Virus record (IMG/VR): IMGVR_UViG_3300033150_002805 | Span: 12,847 to 76,846 of that record | DNA from: a virus | Strand: one strand, 5' to 3' | Length of the DNA stretch: 64,000 nt | In this document: piece by piece, positions 10,301 to 19,017 of the stretch | Position numbering within the stretch: position 1 is the first letter of the stretch | How the letters are laid out: every line of letters starts with the position of its first letter | Translations under genes and position numbers: made by a program | The notes under the pieces: model-generated | The model's input: the letters and a program-made list of their open reading frames with translations, nothing else | The model's database searches: none | What the model was told of the DNA's origin: nothing

Positions 10301-12092
10301 TAACTCGTGGTTTTTCTCTTAATTGTTTTTCGAAATCAGACAACCTAAGCATCCTATCCTTACTTCTTAACATCACTAAATTATAAAGTGGAATAGCATT
10401 TGTGAAAGGAGTTGAAAACTTATCATAAACAAAATGCAATCTTCTTCTAATCCACCAAGGGACGCTTCTAGCGATTCTGAATTCAATAATTCTTCTCATA
10501 TCAAAACTCAACCACTCTGGTAGCAATATATCCAAATCGCCTCTAGTTGAACCCTGGTTCACTATTCCTCCTGTTAAATATATCAAAGGTCTTTGAATTA
10601 TGAAATCTTTAAAATAAGGAAGGATTTCTTCCAAAATCATAAGTTTTCCCATTCTTTTTCCCGAAGTGTAAATTGGTGCCGAACCTTCACTCAAATTAAT
10701 GACAATGTTATCAGTAGCTATTATAATTGGAACTTTAGTTAACTCTCGAATTTTAGTTAACAGAACATCATCTCCATAACTCAATGGTTCTTTGCCTAAA
10801 TGAGTAACTACTATTCTTTTAACTTTGCCTGGCAAATACCAATTTTTTAATTGATTTATCAAACTACTATGCCCGTATGGTTCACCCTTTTTACCTTTCC
10901 TTCTTGCCAAGGTCCTGGTAAGAGAGGAGCCATCAATAATTGCCAAATCTAAATCTTTGACATACTTCTCTCGATCTCCAGAATGCCAGCCCAAAATATC
11001 GGTTGCTTGCAAAACTCTCTTATCTCCCATTTCAATTAGGAAAACATGCATTTTGGCTCGAATGGAATGTAAGACAGGAATTGGAGTTATCTTAAAAGGG
11101 CCAAGGTTAAAAGTCTTATAAGATTCGTATTTTGTCCTCGCATCTATATTGAAATCTTTATAAAGATTTGGAACTTCTTTTTCAGTTTCTTTGGAAACTA
11201 TAATAGCCATATCCTTCAGACCCAAAAGATGATCAGGATGAGAATGACTAACCAAAATATAATCAGGTTTGATTTTCTCTAAATTTCCTTGATTTATTTT
11301 TCCATAATCCACTAGCAGTCTCTTACCCTTATACTCATATAAGATTGAAGTATGAAATCTGTGTCCAGGACCTTCTTCTTCAATCAAACCTTTGGTTCCA
11401 TAAAATGTTACTTTATAACCCTCTTTGCTAAACCTCTCCTTGAATTTTTTTGCTTCCTTATCCAAATCGTCATCAAAAGGTTCATATTCCAATTTTCTCT
11501 TTAATATTTCATCTTTAAGAAGGATATGATAGTTAATGCAATCTTCTTTTGAAGCTGCCGATTGTTGCCAAATCTTATGGATTTCTCTGTGAAGTTTCAA
11601 AAGTTCTTCATCACTCAATTTTGCTGGATCACCAAAGTTCATACTCTTAAAAGTTACATTTTCTAACCAAACCTGAGCTCCTTTAGGTCTTAAAATTTCT
11701 TTGGGTGGATCGAATTTTGAAATGAGTTCTATTGGATAATAATATAAGAATTTTTCTTTTGACCACCATCGTTTTCTTTCATCTTCTGAAATTTGATGAA
11801 ATTTTCTCAACTCTTTAAACTTTCTTAGATTAATTTTTCTACCTTCCTTTATTTCAATAATTCCTAAAGCTTTATTATCTTCAATCAAATAAACTGGAAT
11901 CCCGATGTATTTAGTGAATTTCCTCGAGCTAACAATTGCTTTTTTCTTTCCTTTCCAAATCAAAGTTCCATGAGGTTTAACCAAGATTTTTCCAGGCAAC
12001 AAAACAGTTCTCCCAGGTTGCAAAAGCTGAGGAATATCTGACGGAACTAATAATTTTTTTAACTTTTTAGTCATCTTTTCTTGTTTTAGCAT
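7392..12092 (-). CDS. Multidomain protein: ASCH-like + MBL-fold hydrolase + nucleotidyltransferase + ATP-dependent DNA ligase + two LigD 3'-phosphoesterase-like domains; probable start 12074
   Basis: PHGTLIWKGKKKAIV (ASCH-like); SHSHPDH (MBL); LTGG..GDLDILL (NTase); KYDG, VYDM, SEGNVCK (ligase); YVIQHH..HSDLRI and FVLQRH..HWDLRF, IIDKG..KLKGLWVL (LigD PE). Confidence 0.78.
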   Translation of the reverse strand: MLKQEKMTKKLKKLLVPSDIPQLLQPGRTVLLPGKILVKPHGTLIWKGKKKAIVSSRKFTKYIGIPVYLIEDNKALGIIEIKEGRKINLRKFKELRKFHQISEDERKRWWSKEKFLYYYPIELISKFDPPKEILRPKGAQVWLENVTFKSMNFGDPAKLSDEELLKLHREIHKIWQQSAASKEDCINYHILLKDEILKRKLEYEPFDDDLDKEAKKFKERFSKEGYKVTFYGTKGLIEEEGPGHRFHTSILYEYKGKRLLVDYGKINQGNLEKIKPDYILVSHSHPDHLLGLKDMAIIVSKETEKEVPNLYKDFNIDARTKYESYKTFNLGPFKITPIPVLHSIRAKMHVFLIEMGDKRVLQATDILGWHSGDREKYVKDLDLAIIDGSSLTRTLARRKGKKGEPYGHSSLINQLKNWYLPGKVKRIVVTHLGKEPLSYGDDVLLTKIRELTKVPIIIATDNIVINLSEGSAPIYTSGKRMGKLMILEEILPYFKDFIIQRPLIYLTGGIVNQGSTRGDLDILLPEWLSFDMRRIIEFRIARSVPWWIRRRLHFVYDKFSTPFTNAIPLYNLVMLRSKDRMLRLSDFEKQLREKPRVTSAIKDAEVSAREDKIKLFRFFLPLKPTRGYYPEKRQSIDLFIEVMENMGKYPFYSTKKYDGFNAEIHKKGEEVKIFSEDGEVITHRLPTLVKEVKQLTKEDCVLMAELEWWEDNDHKPREVIAGYIHQKGIPDDSHVVANVYDMPYFKVDIHNEPFEKRLKLLESLPFKQRTWKIPNIKIKLNFAPYLLSKNREKLRKHTEFLRRLPGSEGNVCKTKDFKFNLKGIRSGMVKFHNSTAIYGKVLDIKETKVKGVYNYYFGLEPGKYKMKTEELGNVFYHRSGRTFSTSLKADKGDVLEIEGETLNVEHDLKDDTWRISLWAPRVMRKVNRKADTVKEAIERAKKNYCLQEKEITKEGKIIYLSELEKIKDIKYNPKIPNNKQLADDWRIVNAWYSRIKEGNKFKYTEKQVISLARIIYNEIKKRVKEKRMKHEFEPQKMKKWSKKLYEKVSKELVEKQHDPYMEYPKVEKKYPYVIQHHYRLKSCHSDLRIKQNNYLLGWTIADMVKGAIKEPVTTMKQAKELDSKDIWKIDWKKGVPKLRPGIKPGYKKKYAELAAMRKSAEPIEWLNVEGIVPVGSPGATKTAPGVFHIIDKGYCQYGAQKPYFHEYFFSGGKLKGRWFFRQLRPAEFRGKIEKQEVIPPARETKFREEAPWFLVKPLDETPYVISDAAVDKKWIPPKEVSALPEKIRKKVPKEFQYWKFDDEKKRIEVRDKLVEKLGKVLVEKKLNPGANWAKAAYRYILSQQILTFWLRTPYPEKVKRVEKALQEFKELHPFKKEWLKDAITWLEKRPNDMKMIMIELLQVKKIRIVPFVLQRHWWRGQRVIRAGVSREHWDLRFNFPDQPGLMHFVLNQNPLKNKEVTALWKPCKYKEWMEVSQYLPPKNERAKMSKEELAKLPPGIEDANPTKATSSYIKIIDKGKAVVYEDSDSFKKFEFKGEKLKGLWVLERENTSNFWVFKETKLPRPK

Positions 12093-12186
12093 CTAAAGGC
12101 CAACCGCACTTGCTACAGTGGCTATTTTCAGCTTTATTTTTTGTTCCACACTTAGGACAAATTTTTTTGCTTTCGGTAGATGCCAT
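12067..12186 (-). CDS. 39-aa zinc-ribbon protein (not in ORF track)
   Basis: MASTESKKICPKCGTKNKAENSHCSKCGWPLDAKTRKDD; its stop overlaps the ATG of the ligase gene. Confidence 0.7.
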   Translation of the reverse strand: MASTESKKICPKCGTKNKAENSHCSKCGWPLDAKTRKDD

Positions 12187-13642
12187 TGGTAAATTTTTCA
12201 CCTAATTTATAACATTTGGCTTCTAAATCAGGCTCATATTTTAAATTCAATAATTTTTCTTTTAAGACCTTTGGGGTTCTTGGTGCATTGATATTCAGTT
12301 CATCAGCTCTCTTCTTTTTCCCTTTTTCAAAAGCCAAAAGGGGTTTTTTTTCTTTTTCAACTTTCTCTTTCATCGCCCATTTTAATCTCAATGCTTTTGC
12401 TGTTTCTGTAACAACTTCATTAACAAAACCATCTGGTAATTTCTCTCCAGTTCTCATTATTTGATTGAATACCTCTCTTAAGAATGCTTGAGAAGCATCA
12501 GCTAGTTTTTCAAACCGAATTTCTGGATAAGATTGAGTTCCAAAATTCCAATCTATCAAAGGAGCTATCGCATAAGTATTCAGAGTGGCTTCCATTTGTT
12601 TCATAATTGATTGAATAGCTAAATCAACATATTGAGAGGCAGAAGTGCCTTTTCCATAAGGATAAGCATACTTGATTTGGTCTAAAATCTGAACCAAGGC
12701 TGACTTTGTCATTTCCCTGTTGTGATGATCAATCAATGGTAATGGATCAAAACCTTTTTCACCACCCCTTTGGATTTCCAATTCAATCCCAGGTGGCAAA
12801 GTTATTCTAGAATTTATTCCCAATGTATCCACAACCTCTTCTGCTTTTTTCCTTTCAGCCGAAGTGAGAGTTTGATTAACTTTTAAAATTTTTAAACCCA
12901 AAGTATCTATCTCAGCTTTTTTATGAGAAATATAATAAAGTTTATGTTTTTTGTCATAATGATAAAATGCAGTTTTCAAAATGGATTCTCCATAAAGCCA
13001 ATGTTTCTCTTTTTGAAAAGTGAAAAGCATGCACTTTTCTGGAGGAATATTAACATCAACAGAATACGATCCAAAAGTTGCAGTTTGATGAGCACCAGCA
13101 AATCCACCATGCCGATCAGCTTTTAATTCTATAGTTTGAGCGTCTCTCGGAGCTAATTTCTTCCATCCAACTTTGCCTTTATATTTTCCCTCTTCAATAA
13201 TTCTAGCAACTTTTTCATAGAGCCGAAATCCTTCAAAAATAGCTCTTGTCATATCAGAAATGATAAAAGGAAGTGGTGTAGTCATACCACCTAAATGAGG
13301 GGGTGATAAAAAGATAGTTTCAATAAAATCTCTTTCTCCTCTATCGTTTTCAGCGGGAAGAATATGAAAAGGAGTTGAAACTATTGGAAGTGTTAAAAGT
13401 CTAACTATTGCTTGAACCTCTCCATCGTTTCTCTGCATTTCAATGTAGGTTTGAGGTCCAAGATCGTCTGGATTTTCTTCAGTATCATAAGCTCCAATAA
13501 CTCCTTCACGAGCAATTCCCAACTCTCTAGTGAATTCTTCAAGAGTCAAAACTTTTCTCTTCTCTTCTTTTTCTACCTTTGATTCCTTTTTAGATTTTAA
13601 TATAAAATCAAAGAAAGACACGGTTATTGAACCTAGGTTCAA
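12152..13642 (-). CDS. Portal protein (DUF935/Mu gp29-like)
   Basis: YIEMQRNDGEVQA, WKKLAPR, LYGESILK, IAPLIDWNFG..YPEIRF; first gene of the head module. Confidence 0.8.
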   Translation of the reverse strand: MNLGSITVSFFDFILKSKKESKVEKEEKRKVLTLEEFTRELGIAREGVIGAYDTEENPDDLGPQTYIEMQRNDGEVQAIVRLLTLPIVSTPFHILPAENDRGERDFIETIFLSPPHLGGMTTPLPFIISDMTRAIFEGFRLYEKVARIIEEGKYKGKVGWKKLAPRDAQTIELKADRHGGFAGAHQTATFGSYSVDVNIPPEKCMLFTFQKEKHWLYGESILKTAFYHYDKKHKLYYISHKKAEIDTLGLKILKVNQTLTSAERKKAEEVVDTLGINSRITLPPGIELEIQRGGEKGFDPLPLIDHHNREMTKSALVQILDQIKYAYPYGKGTSASQYVDLAIQSIMKQMEATLNTYAIAPLIDWNFGTQSYPEIRFEKLADASQAFLREVFNQIMRTGEKLPDGFVNEVVTETAKALRLKWAMKEKVEKEKKPLLAFEKGKKKRADELNINAPRTPKVLKEKLLNLKYEPDLEAKCYKLGEKFTNGIYRKQKNLS

Positions 13643-13664
13643 AATCCATAGGTGCTTAGCAAGG

Positions 13665-14204
13665 TTATAAATTAATTATTAGACCGTTAATATTATAGCT
13701 TCCAGAAAAATTATAATGGAAATCAGTACCAGCAGCGGTAAAACCGAGAGTATCTGATGAAACATCAAAAACTAAATTTTCAGTGCTATAAGTAGTAGAC
13801 CAATCCGAAGGATAAACTACCGAATAAGGTTTCCACCAAGGTTTTTCATAATGATCACCTTCATGGATAATTGCTTCAATCTTCACAACGGAAGTCTCAC
13901 GGGCAAGCTTGTCGACTTTTTGTCTTTCTTCAATCAAATCAAGCCTACCCTGTTTAAAATCCTCTAAATCTTTAGTAAGAATTTTTATTTTTTCTTGTAA
14001 TCTTTTAACTTTTTCTTTCAAATTCTCTCTTTTTCTCAATGTCTCCAAAATTATTTTTTTAATTTTTTCTCTTTTCTCTTTTTCGATGTCTTTAGAGGCT
14101 TCATCGAAAGCCTTTTTCACCAAACTTTTATCCATATTTTTCAACCTTGGGTCGCACCTATGGATTCTTTCTTCAATATAACAAGTAAGTAAGATAAAGG
14201 TCAA
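13665..14204 (-). CDS. Hypothetical coiled-coil protein (probable start about 14135, MDKSLV)
   Basis: ORF with coding-like composition downstream of a TTGACC promoter-like site. Confidence 0.55.
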   Translation of the reverse strand: MTFILLTCYIEERIHRCDPRLKNMDKSLVKKAFDEASKDIEKEKREKIKKIILETLRKRENLKEKVKRLQEKIKILTKDLEDFKQGRLDLIEERQKVDKLARETSVVKIEAIIHEGDHYEKPWWKPYSVVYPSDWSTTYSTENLVFDVSSDTLGFTAAGTDFHYNFSGSYNINGLIINL

Positions 14205-14380
14205 GTGTTCTCAATCCATTATGAATATTAAATAGAGAACCATAAGTTCAAAGCGGATTTGGAATTTTGATATCAGGTGAAAGAAAGAGGAGAGTTCTCT
14301 TTTTTCTCTTTCTCTTTTTTTTTCTATAATACACATTCTTCCATATCTCTTGCTCCTATCTGTACTCTCTCTCATTTGAG

Positions 14381-14417
14381 TTATCCACTTGACAGGGGTC
14401 TTTGGGTATGATAATAT
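14381..14417 (+). promoter_or_regulatory. Sigma70-type promoter overlapping a DnaA-box-like site, at the strand divergence
   Basis: TTATCCAC-TTGACA(14389)-17 bp-TAATAT with an extended TG. Confidence 0.7.
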
Positions 14418-14640
14418 AAAATAAAGGTCAATAATAATTAAAAACAAATAAAAATATGATTAAGCACTTAACATGGGCGATGATCCAAAAGAGAAAAAGA
14501 AAAGAGAAAATTAAAAAGATATTGTTTGGAATTATTGGATGGCTGGGTTTGTTTTTGATTGCTTGTTTGTTGCTCCCGTTTGTTTGGTTTCTGTTTGTTT
14601 TAATGTTTTAAAGGTCGTAAAAAAAAATCTTTTAAAAACT

Positions 14641-14883
14641 ATGAATCCACGCATTAACAACTATTATTTTGTAGGCTTTCATTTTGAATCAAATAGAGGA
14701 TACATTACTCCTGAATATATGGTCATTTTTGCTGAAAGAAAAAAAGACGCTGAAAATAAAGCTAATATGATGAAAAAAAGTTTTGAAAAATCAGGAAGAG
14801 AAATTAGAGTAATAACTTTTTATCGTAATAAATACATAAAAGAGGCTGAAGAATTGGTGAAAGAAAAGAAATTTATATCTTAA
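14641..14883 (+). CDS. Hypothetical early protein (start MNPRINN)
   Basis: ORF; AAGGTCG motif and A-rich leader upstream of 14641. Confidence 0.5.
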   Translation: MNPRINNYYFVGFHFESNRGYITPEYMVIFAERKKDAENKANMMKKSFEKSGREIRVITFYRNKYIKEAEELVKEKKFIS

Positions 14884-15006
14884 TTGATCCTTTTAGGTTT
14901 TTTGCTTGCTTGCTTTATTGTCCAGGTATTTTAAAGCAAGCATCAAAAGATCTAAAAGTTCATTAACAATCTTTAAATATGGCGAGGGTTTAAAGATTTA
15001 GAGAAA

Positions 15007-15612
15007 ATGAAAAATTATCCAAATCAAATTAGGCAAGAAGCCTACAAGTTATTTAACAATACTTTTAATTGTTTAGATTTTGAACTATTGAAAAAAGCAA
15101 TCGGAGAAGATACTATAATTGATTATATTGAAAAACCAAGCGAGGAAATTTTAAGAAAGGAAGCGAAAGATAATTTTGATGAGAAAGAATGGGAAGAAAA
15201 AACAGAAGAAGAAAAAGAGGAAGCAACGCTGACATTCTTTGAGGAAAGCGAACACTACCCCATGTGGTCTACAGTCTTCGAAGCGAAGGATGAGTTTATA
15301 TCTCGAAAGATAATGAGAGGAATTGATGAGTTATATAATTTAGGAATCGGGGTAATTGCTCCTACTGAGTACACTAACGCTTGTTTATTTATCGCTGGTG
15401 CTGGTTATGATTTTTATGATGCTCATTGGATACCTTTATTTATCCACTGGGGTTGGATTGATGAAGAAAAAATGAAAGAAGAAGAAGAAAGAAACAAAAT
15501 AAAATTAACTGACTGGAAAGAGTTTGGCGAAACACTTGAAAAATTGACAGAGAACAGAGACAAAACAATTAAAAGACACTCCAAGGGATTACTAAAAGCC
15601 CTAAAACTTTAA
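15007..15612 (+). CDS. Hypothetical phage protein
   Basis: 201-aa ORF with YPMW and GAGYDFYDAHWIPL motifs. Confidence 0.65.
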   Translation: MKNYPNQIRQEAYKLFNNTFNCLDFELLKKAIGEDTIIDYIEKPSEEILRKEAKDNFDEKEWEEKTEEEKEEATLTFFEESEHYPMWSTVFEAKDEFISRKIMRGIDELYNLGIGVIAPTEYTNACLFIAGAGYDFYDAHWIPLFIHWGWIDEEKMKEEEERNKIKLTDWKEFGETLEKLTENRDKTIKRHSKGLLKALKL

Positions 15613-15720
15613 CCGCCTTTTCGCAGGTTTCACCTGCCACAAGCCCGCTAATGTTTGATGCCTTGCCACATTATCGGGCTTTTGTTTTGAAAAAATTTAA
15701 TCAGAAGTAAATAATCCAGC

Positions 15721-15859
15721 ATATAGCCGAGTAGTCATATAGCCAAAACTTTACATAGCCGAATTGAAATATAGCCCGAATTTATCATAAAAATAGTTAT
15801 CCACTTGACAAGGTTGCTTGATTTGCTAAAATAAAATAAGAGAGTTATCTTGTGGATAA
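15721..15859 (+). promoter_or_regulatory. Four direct repeats at 16-bp period, a promoter and DnaA boxes; candidate origin or regulatory region
   Basis: A(T/C)ATAGCC at 15721, 15737, 15753 and 15769; TTGACA 15805 and TAAAAT 15827; TTATCCACT 15797; TGTGGATAA 15851. Confidence 0.55.
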
Positions 15860-16167
15860 CTCCATAATAAAAGAGTGTTGGCTCTTTTAAAAAATATGAG
15901 GTCAATAGGGAAAAAATTTAAAAACTTAGTAAAAAAAAGAACATTAGAACTTTTAAAAAAAAGAGATAGAGAAAGGGAAGGCGAAAATATGAGGTATTAT
16001 GGTTTGGATAATGAGATTGTAGAAAGTTTACCAGCCGAAATTTGGAATACTTGGGAAGGTGCTGATAGTGAAATAAGAAGAATAATTGATGAAACTATAA
16101 AAAATTTTGATATTATAGTTTAAATTGTAAATTATATCTTTTATCAGTTAGCATCATAACCAGCAAT

Positions 16168-16452
16168 ATGATGCTAACAATAAAGGATATAATAAAAGTA
16201 AATAAAATTATGAGAATAATACAAATAAAGTTTATCTGTCCAAAATGTCATAAACTAAAAAAAGAAAATAGATTTGCTTGTGCGGATGAAGAAGAAAATA
16301 AAAAAGCAGAAAAAAAAGTTTTTAAACAAGGTTTTATTTGTCAGGAATGTTGGAAAAAAGAAAAAATGCCGTTTAGATTTGAAAGTTTAATAAATAAGAG
16401 AAATAAACTGGCGGGTTTGAAAAGTAGAAGACAAGCGATTGAAAATTCTTAA
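16168..16452 (+). CDS. Small zinc-finger-like protein
   Basis: CPKC...CQEC. Confidence 0.55.
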   Translation: MMLTIKDIIKVNKIMRIIQIKFICPKCHKLKKENRFACADEEENKKAEKKVFKQGFICQECWKKEKMPFRFESLINKRNKLAGLKSRRQAIENS

Positions 16453-16550
16453 TATCTAATATATCTAATATCTAATAAATCTAATATCTAATATCTAATA
16501 TCCGATCTAATACTTAATACTTGTTATCTTAATATCCTAATACTTAATTA
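16449..16550. repeat. Degenerate 7-bp tandem repeat (TAATATC)n, intergenic
   Basis: taatatctaatatatctaatatctaataaatctaatatctaatatctaatatcc... Confidence 0.85.
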
Positions 16551-16589
16551 AATTTTAGAAGGAAAAAAAAATAATCAATATATAAAATT

Positions 16590-16820
16590 ATGAAGAGAAT
16601 AAAAAAATTACTTCCTAATAAATACTATCTTGATAAGAATTTTTATCGTTTAAGGGATGAGATTTTAGAGGCGTTTAAGGAAGATCAGAAAAAGTTTAAT
16701 AATGATATTTATTCTATGTTTGGCAAATCAGAACCAGAAATAATAGTTAATGAAATTATTACTATGACTTTATATAGTATAAAGCCGAAATATAATTTAA
16801 AAAAGAAAAAATTTTATTAG
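16590..16820 (+). CDS. Hypothetical protein
   Basis: ORF with A-rich leader. Confidence 0.5.
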   Translation: MKRIKKLLPNKYYLDKNFYRLRDEILEAFKEDQKKFNNDIYSMFGKSEPEIIVNEIITMTLYSIKPKYNLKKKKFY

Positions 16821-17067
16821 TTCTTTGTGATGCTGATAACTGAAAGAATTAGTTGTTGAATCTCATCAGCCCATTTTATTCTAATCATTCACTATAATTT
16901 TAGAAGAAATTAAGATTTAATTTTTGAACCCAGGTTCAATTTTAAATCTCTTGAAAGGAGTGAACCAAAATATCAAATTAACCATAAATATCTTTAAAAC
17001 TATTAAATGAAACTAATATAATTATAGCAAATCAAAAGGTTGAAATCAAATTAACACATTTAATTAT

Positions 17068-17685
17068 ATGTTTCTAAATAAATATAACTTTTTAGTTGAG
17101 AAATTTGCTCTAAAAGATAGTTCCAGAATTGAATTGACAGGAATTTTCGTTTCACCAAAAGAGACTTGTGCCACCGATGGCGTTAAAATGATTAAGGTAG
17201 ATACTCCAAAAAACTTTAAACTTGATGATTACCCAAAAATACCAAACAAACCGAAACCATTAACTAATTTTAAGAGTTTTATTTTGCCAAAGGAAAAAGC
17301 AAAGGATATTCTGAATTTATTTAAGACAAGAGAAAAAGATCTCGCTTTGCCAATTTTGAATAATGCTATAATAGTTAGAAATGATAAAACAGGGGTGGAA
17401 ATAGGCATGACTGATTTAAAAAGTTGGAATAGTATATTCAGTCAAAGAATTGAGGGTGAATATCCCAGATATAAGGATTTATTCGTTGAAAGAGGCAATT
17501 TTATTGAAATAGAGGTTGATGTAAAATTTTTAAAAGATATAATAGATTTTTATACCGCTTTTCAGGATAAAACTCATTTGAAGATAAAAGTTCCAACTAA
17601 ACCAAATGAACCGATTAGATTTGAAATGACAAGAAGAGATGAACAACAAGCCAAAGCACTTTTAATGCCAATTAAGAGTGAATAG
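17068..17685 (+). CDS. DNA sliding clamp (beta-clamp)-like protein
   Basis: R..LTGI, ATDG.KM, IEGEYPRY and C-terminal ALLMPIK motifs typical of DnaN domains. Confidence 0.7.
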   Translation: MFLNKYNFLVEKFALKDSSRIELTGIFVSPKETCATDGVKMIKVDTPKNFKLDDYPKIPNKPKPLTNFKSFILPKEKAKDILNLFKTREKDLALPILNNAIIVRNDKTGVEIGMTDLKSWNSIFSQRIEGEYPRYKDLFVERGNFIEIEVDVKFLKDIIDFYTAFQDKTHLKIKVPTKPNEPIRFEMTRRDEQQAKALLMPIKSE

Positions 17686-18030
17686 GTTTCTGATTACGGG
17701 TTCTCATAGTGCTGGATATGAGAACCCACATCAGAAACCTATCGCAAGAATTCCAAAATCTTTAAAAGATACTGATAAGATTATCTGTTTTGAAAAAAAA
17801 GTTAAGTGAGAACCCAGAAGCCACCTTCTACCGTTTCAATATCTTAACAAACCCAAGTCCATTATCTTATCTGATATCTTAAAAAAGATTTTAGATAATT
17901 GCTTGTGAGAAGTTTCTGATGACAATTTGGAAAGACAAATTGGCTTGGTAGGAAAGACTACCACCTTGAAAATTAGATTTTTAACTGAATAGAGATGTTT
18001 CGGTGGCTTTGGTCTCTATTCTAACCTCCA
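17683..18030 (+). ncRNA. Candidate structured RNA or cis-regulatory leader with alternative long-range pairing
   Basis: Hairpin 17683-17741; competing long inverted repeat out to 17921; two hairpins with GAAAGA loops at about 17923-17963. Confidence 0.45.
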
Positions 18031-18439
18031 TTTAACTTTATGAAAACTCTCATCTTAATAATTTTTATTCTTTTGATCTTCGCTTTATTTATAGCTGGCA
18101 ATCTTTTAATTGAATATATCCAGTTGAATGATGAAATTAAAGAAAAAAATTGGGATTTGATACAAGATAATAGACATTTAGAACAACTGTTAAATGCTTG
18201 TGTTAAAAAATTAAGAGAATATAAAACTCAATAAAATGTCTAAAGAACCTTCAACCCAAAATTTGGTATTAAAAGAAATTGCTTCTATATTTAGAAAATA
18301 CTATGGTTATGACTATGATAAAATGTTAGAAATCTTGGCTATGTTAAGAAATACCATAAGAATTTTCAAAAATTATGAAGAAAGGCATAAAAATGACGGT
18401 GAAAAGAATAAAAATTAAAATTATCAACACATTTTAACT

Positions 18440-18831
18440 ATGCTCAAATGTAAAATTTGTGGAAATTACTTTAATCATCTTGGTAGTCATATTTGGCATA
18501 AACATAAAATCTTGGCAAAGGATTACAAAGAGATATATGGATTGGATCACAAATTCGCTTTGATTACCAAGAAACTAAAACAAAAGAAACAACGAAAATT
18601 TTGGGAAAATCCTATTGGTCTAAAAAATCTTAAAAAGGCAAAAAATATCAGTTCAAAAAAGGCAAAACTTACAAAATGGGTTATATCAGTTCTAAACAAA
18701 AAAGAAGAATTTATGAGAGATTAGCAAAAATGAATAAGAAGAGAAGAGGAAGATGTCCTGTCTGTAAAATGATTTTTGATAACCTACCTTCTCATTTATA
18801 TAATAAACATAAGTTAATAATAGCAAAATAG
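18440..18831 (+). CDS. C2H2/MucR-like zinc-finger protein, frameshifted in an A-run near 18640
   Basis: CKICG..HLGSHIWHKH..YKEIYGL; the shifted frame continues to CPVC..HLYNKH. Confidence 0.55.
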
Positions 18832-19017
18832 CAAAATGAAAACTTTAAAGGAATTAATACAATTTAAGAAAAATTTTCCAAATAAACTCTGTGATAATAC
18901 GGATTGTCCTGGAAATCCCAAAAATATAAAACCAGTAAGAATGAAATCAGAATTTGGTGATGAATGGTTTTATTGGTGTGAAAAATGTCGAAAAAGAGAT
19001 AAAGATATGATAAAACA

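Noticed and set aside
14211-14447. ORF 14211-14447, and similarly 21477-21686, 33148-33381, 36232-36429 and 36639-36989
   Set aside because: They overlap promoters or better-supported genes and have no recognisable motifs.
15721-16550. CRISPR array
   Set aside because: The repeats are 7-10 bp with no 30-40 bp unique spacers, and there are no cas genes.
17916-17990. Hammerhead ribozyme (CUGAUGA...GAAA)
   Set aside because: GAAA does not follow stem II directly, and stems I/III do not pair properly.
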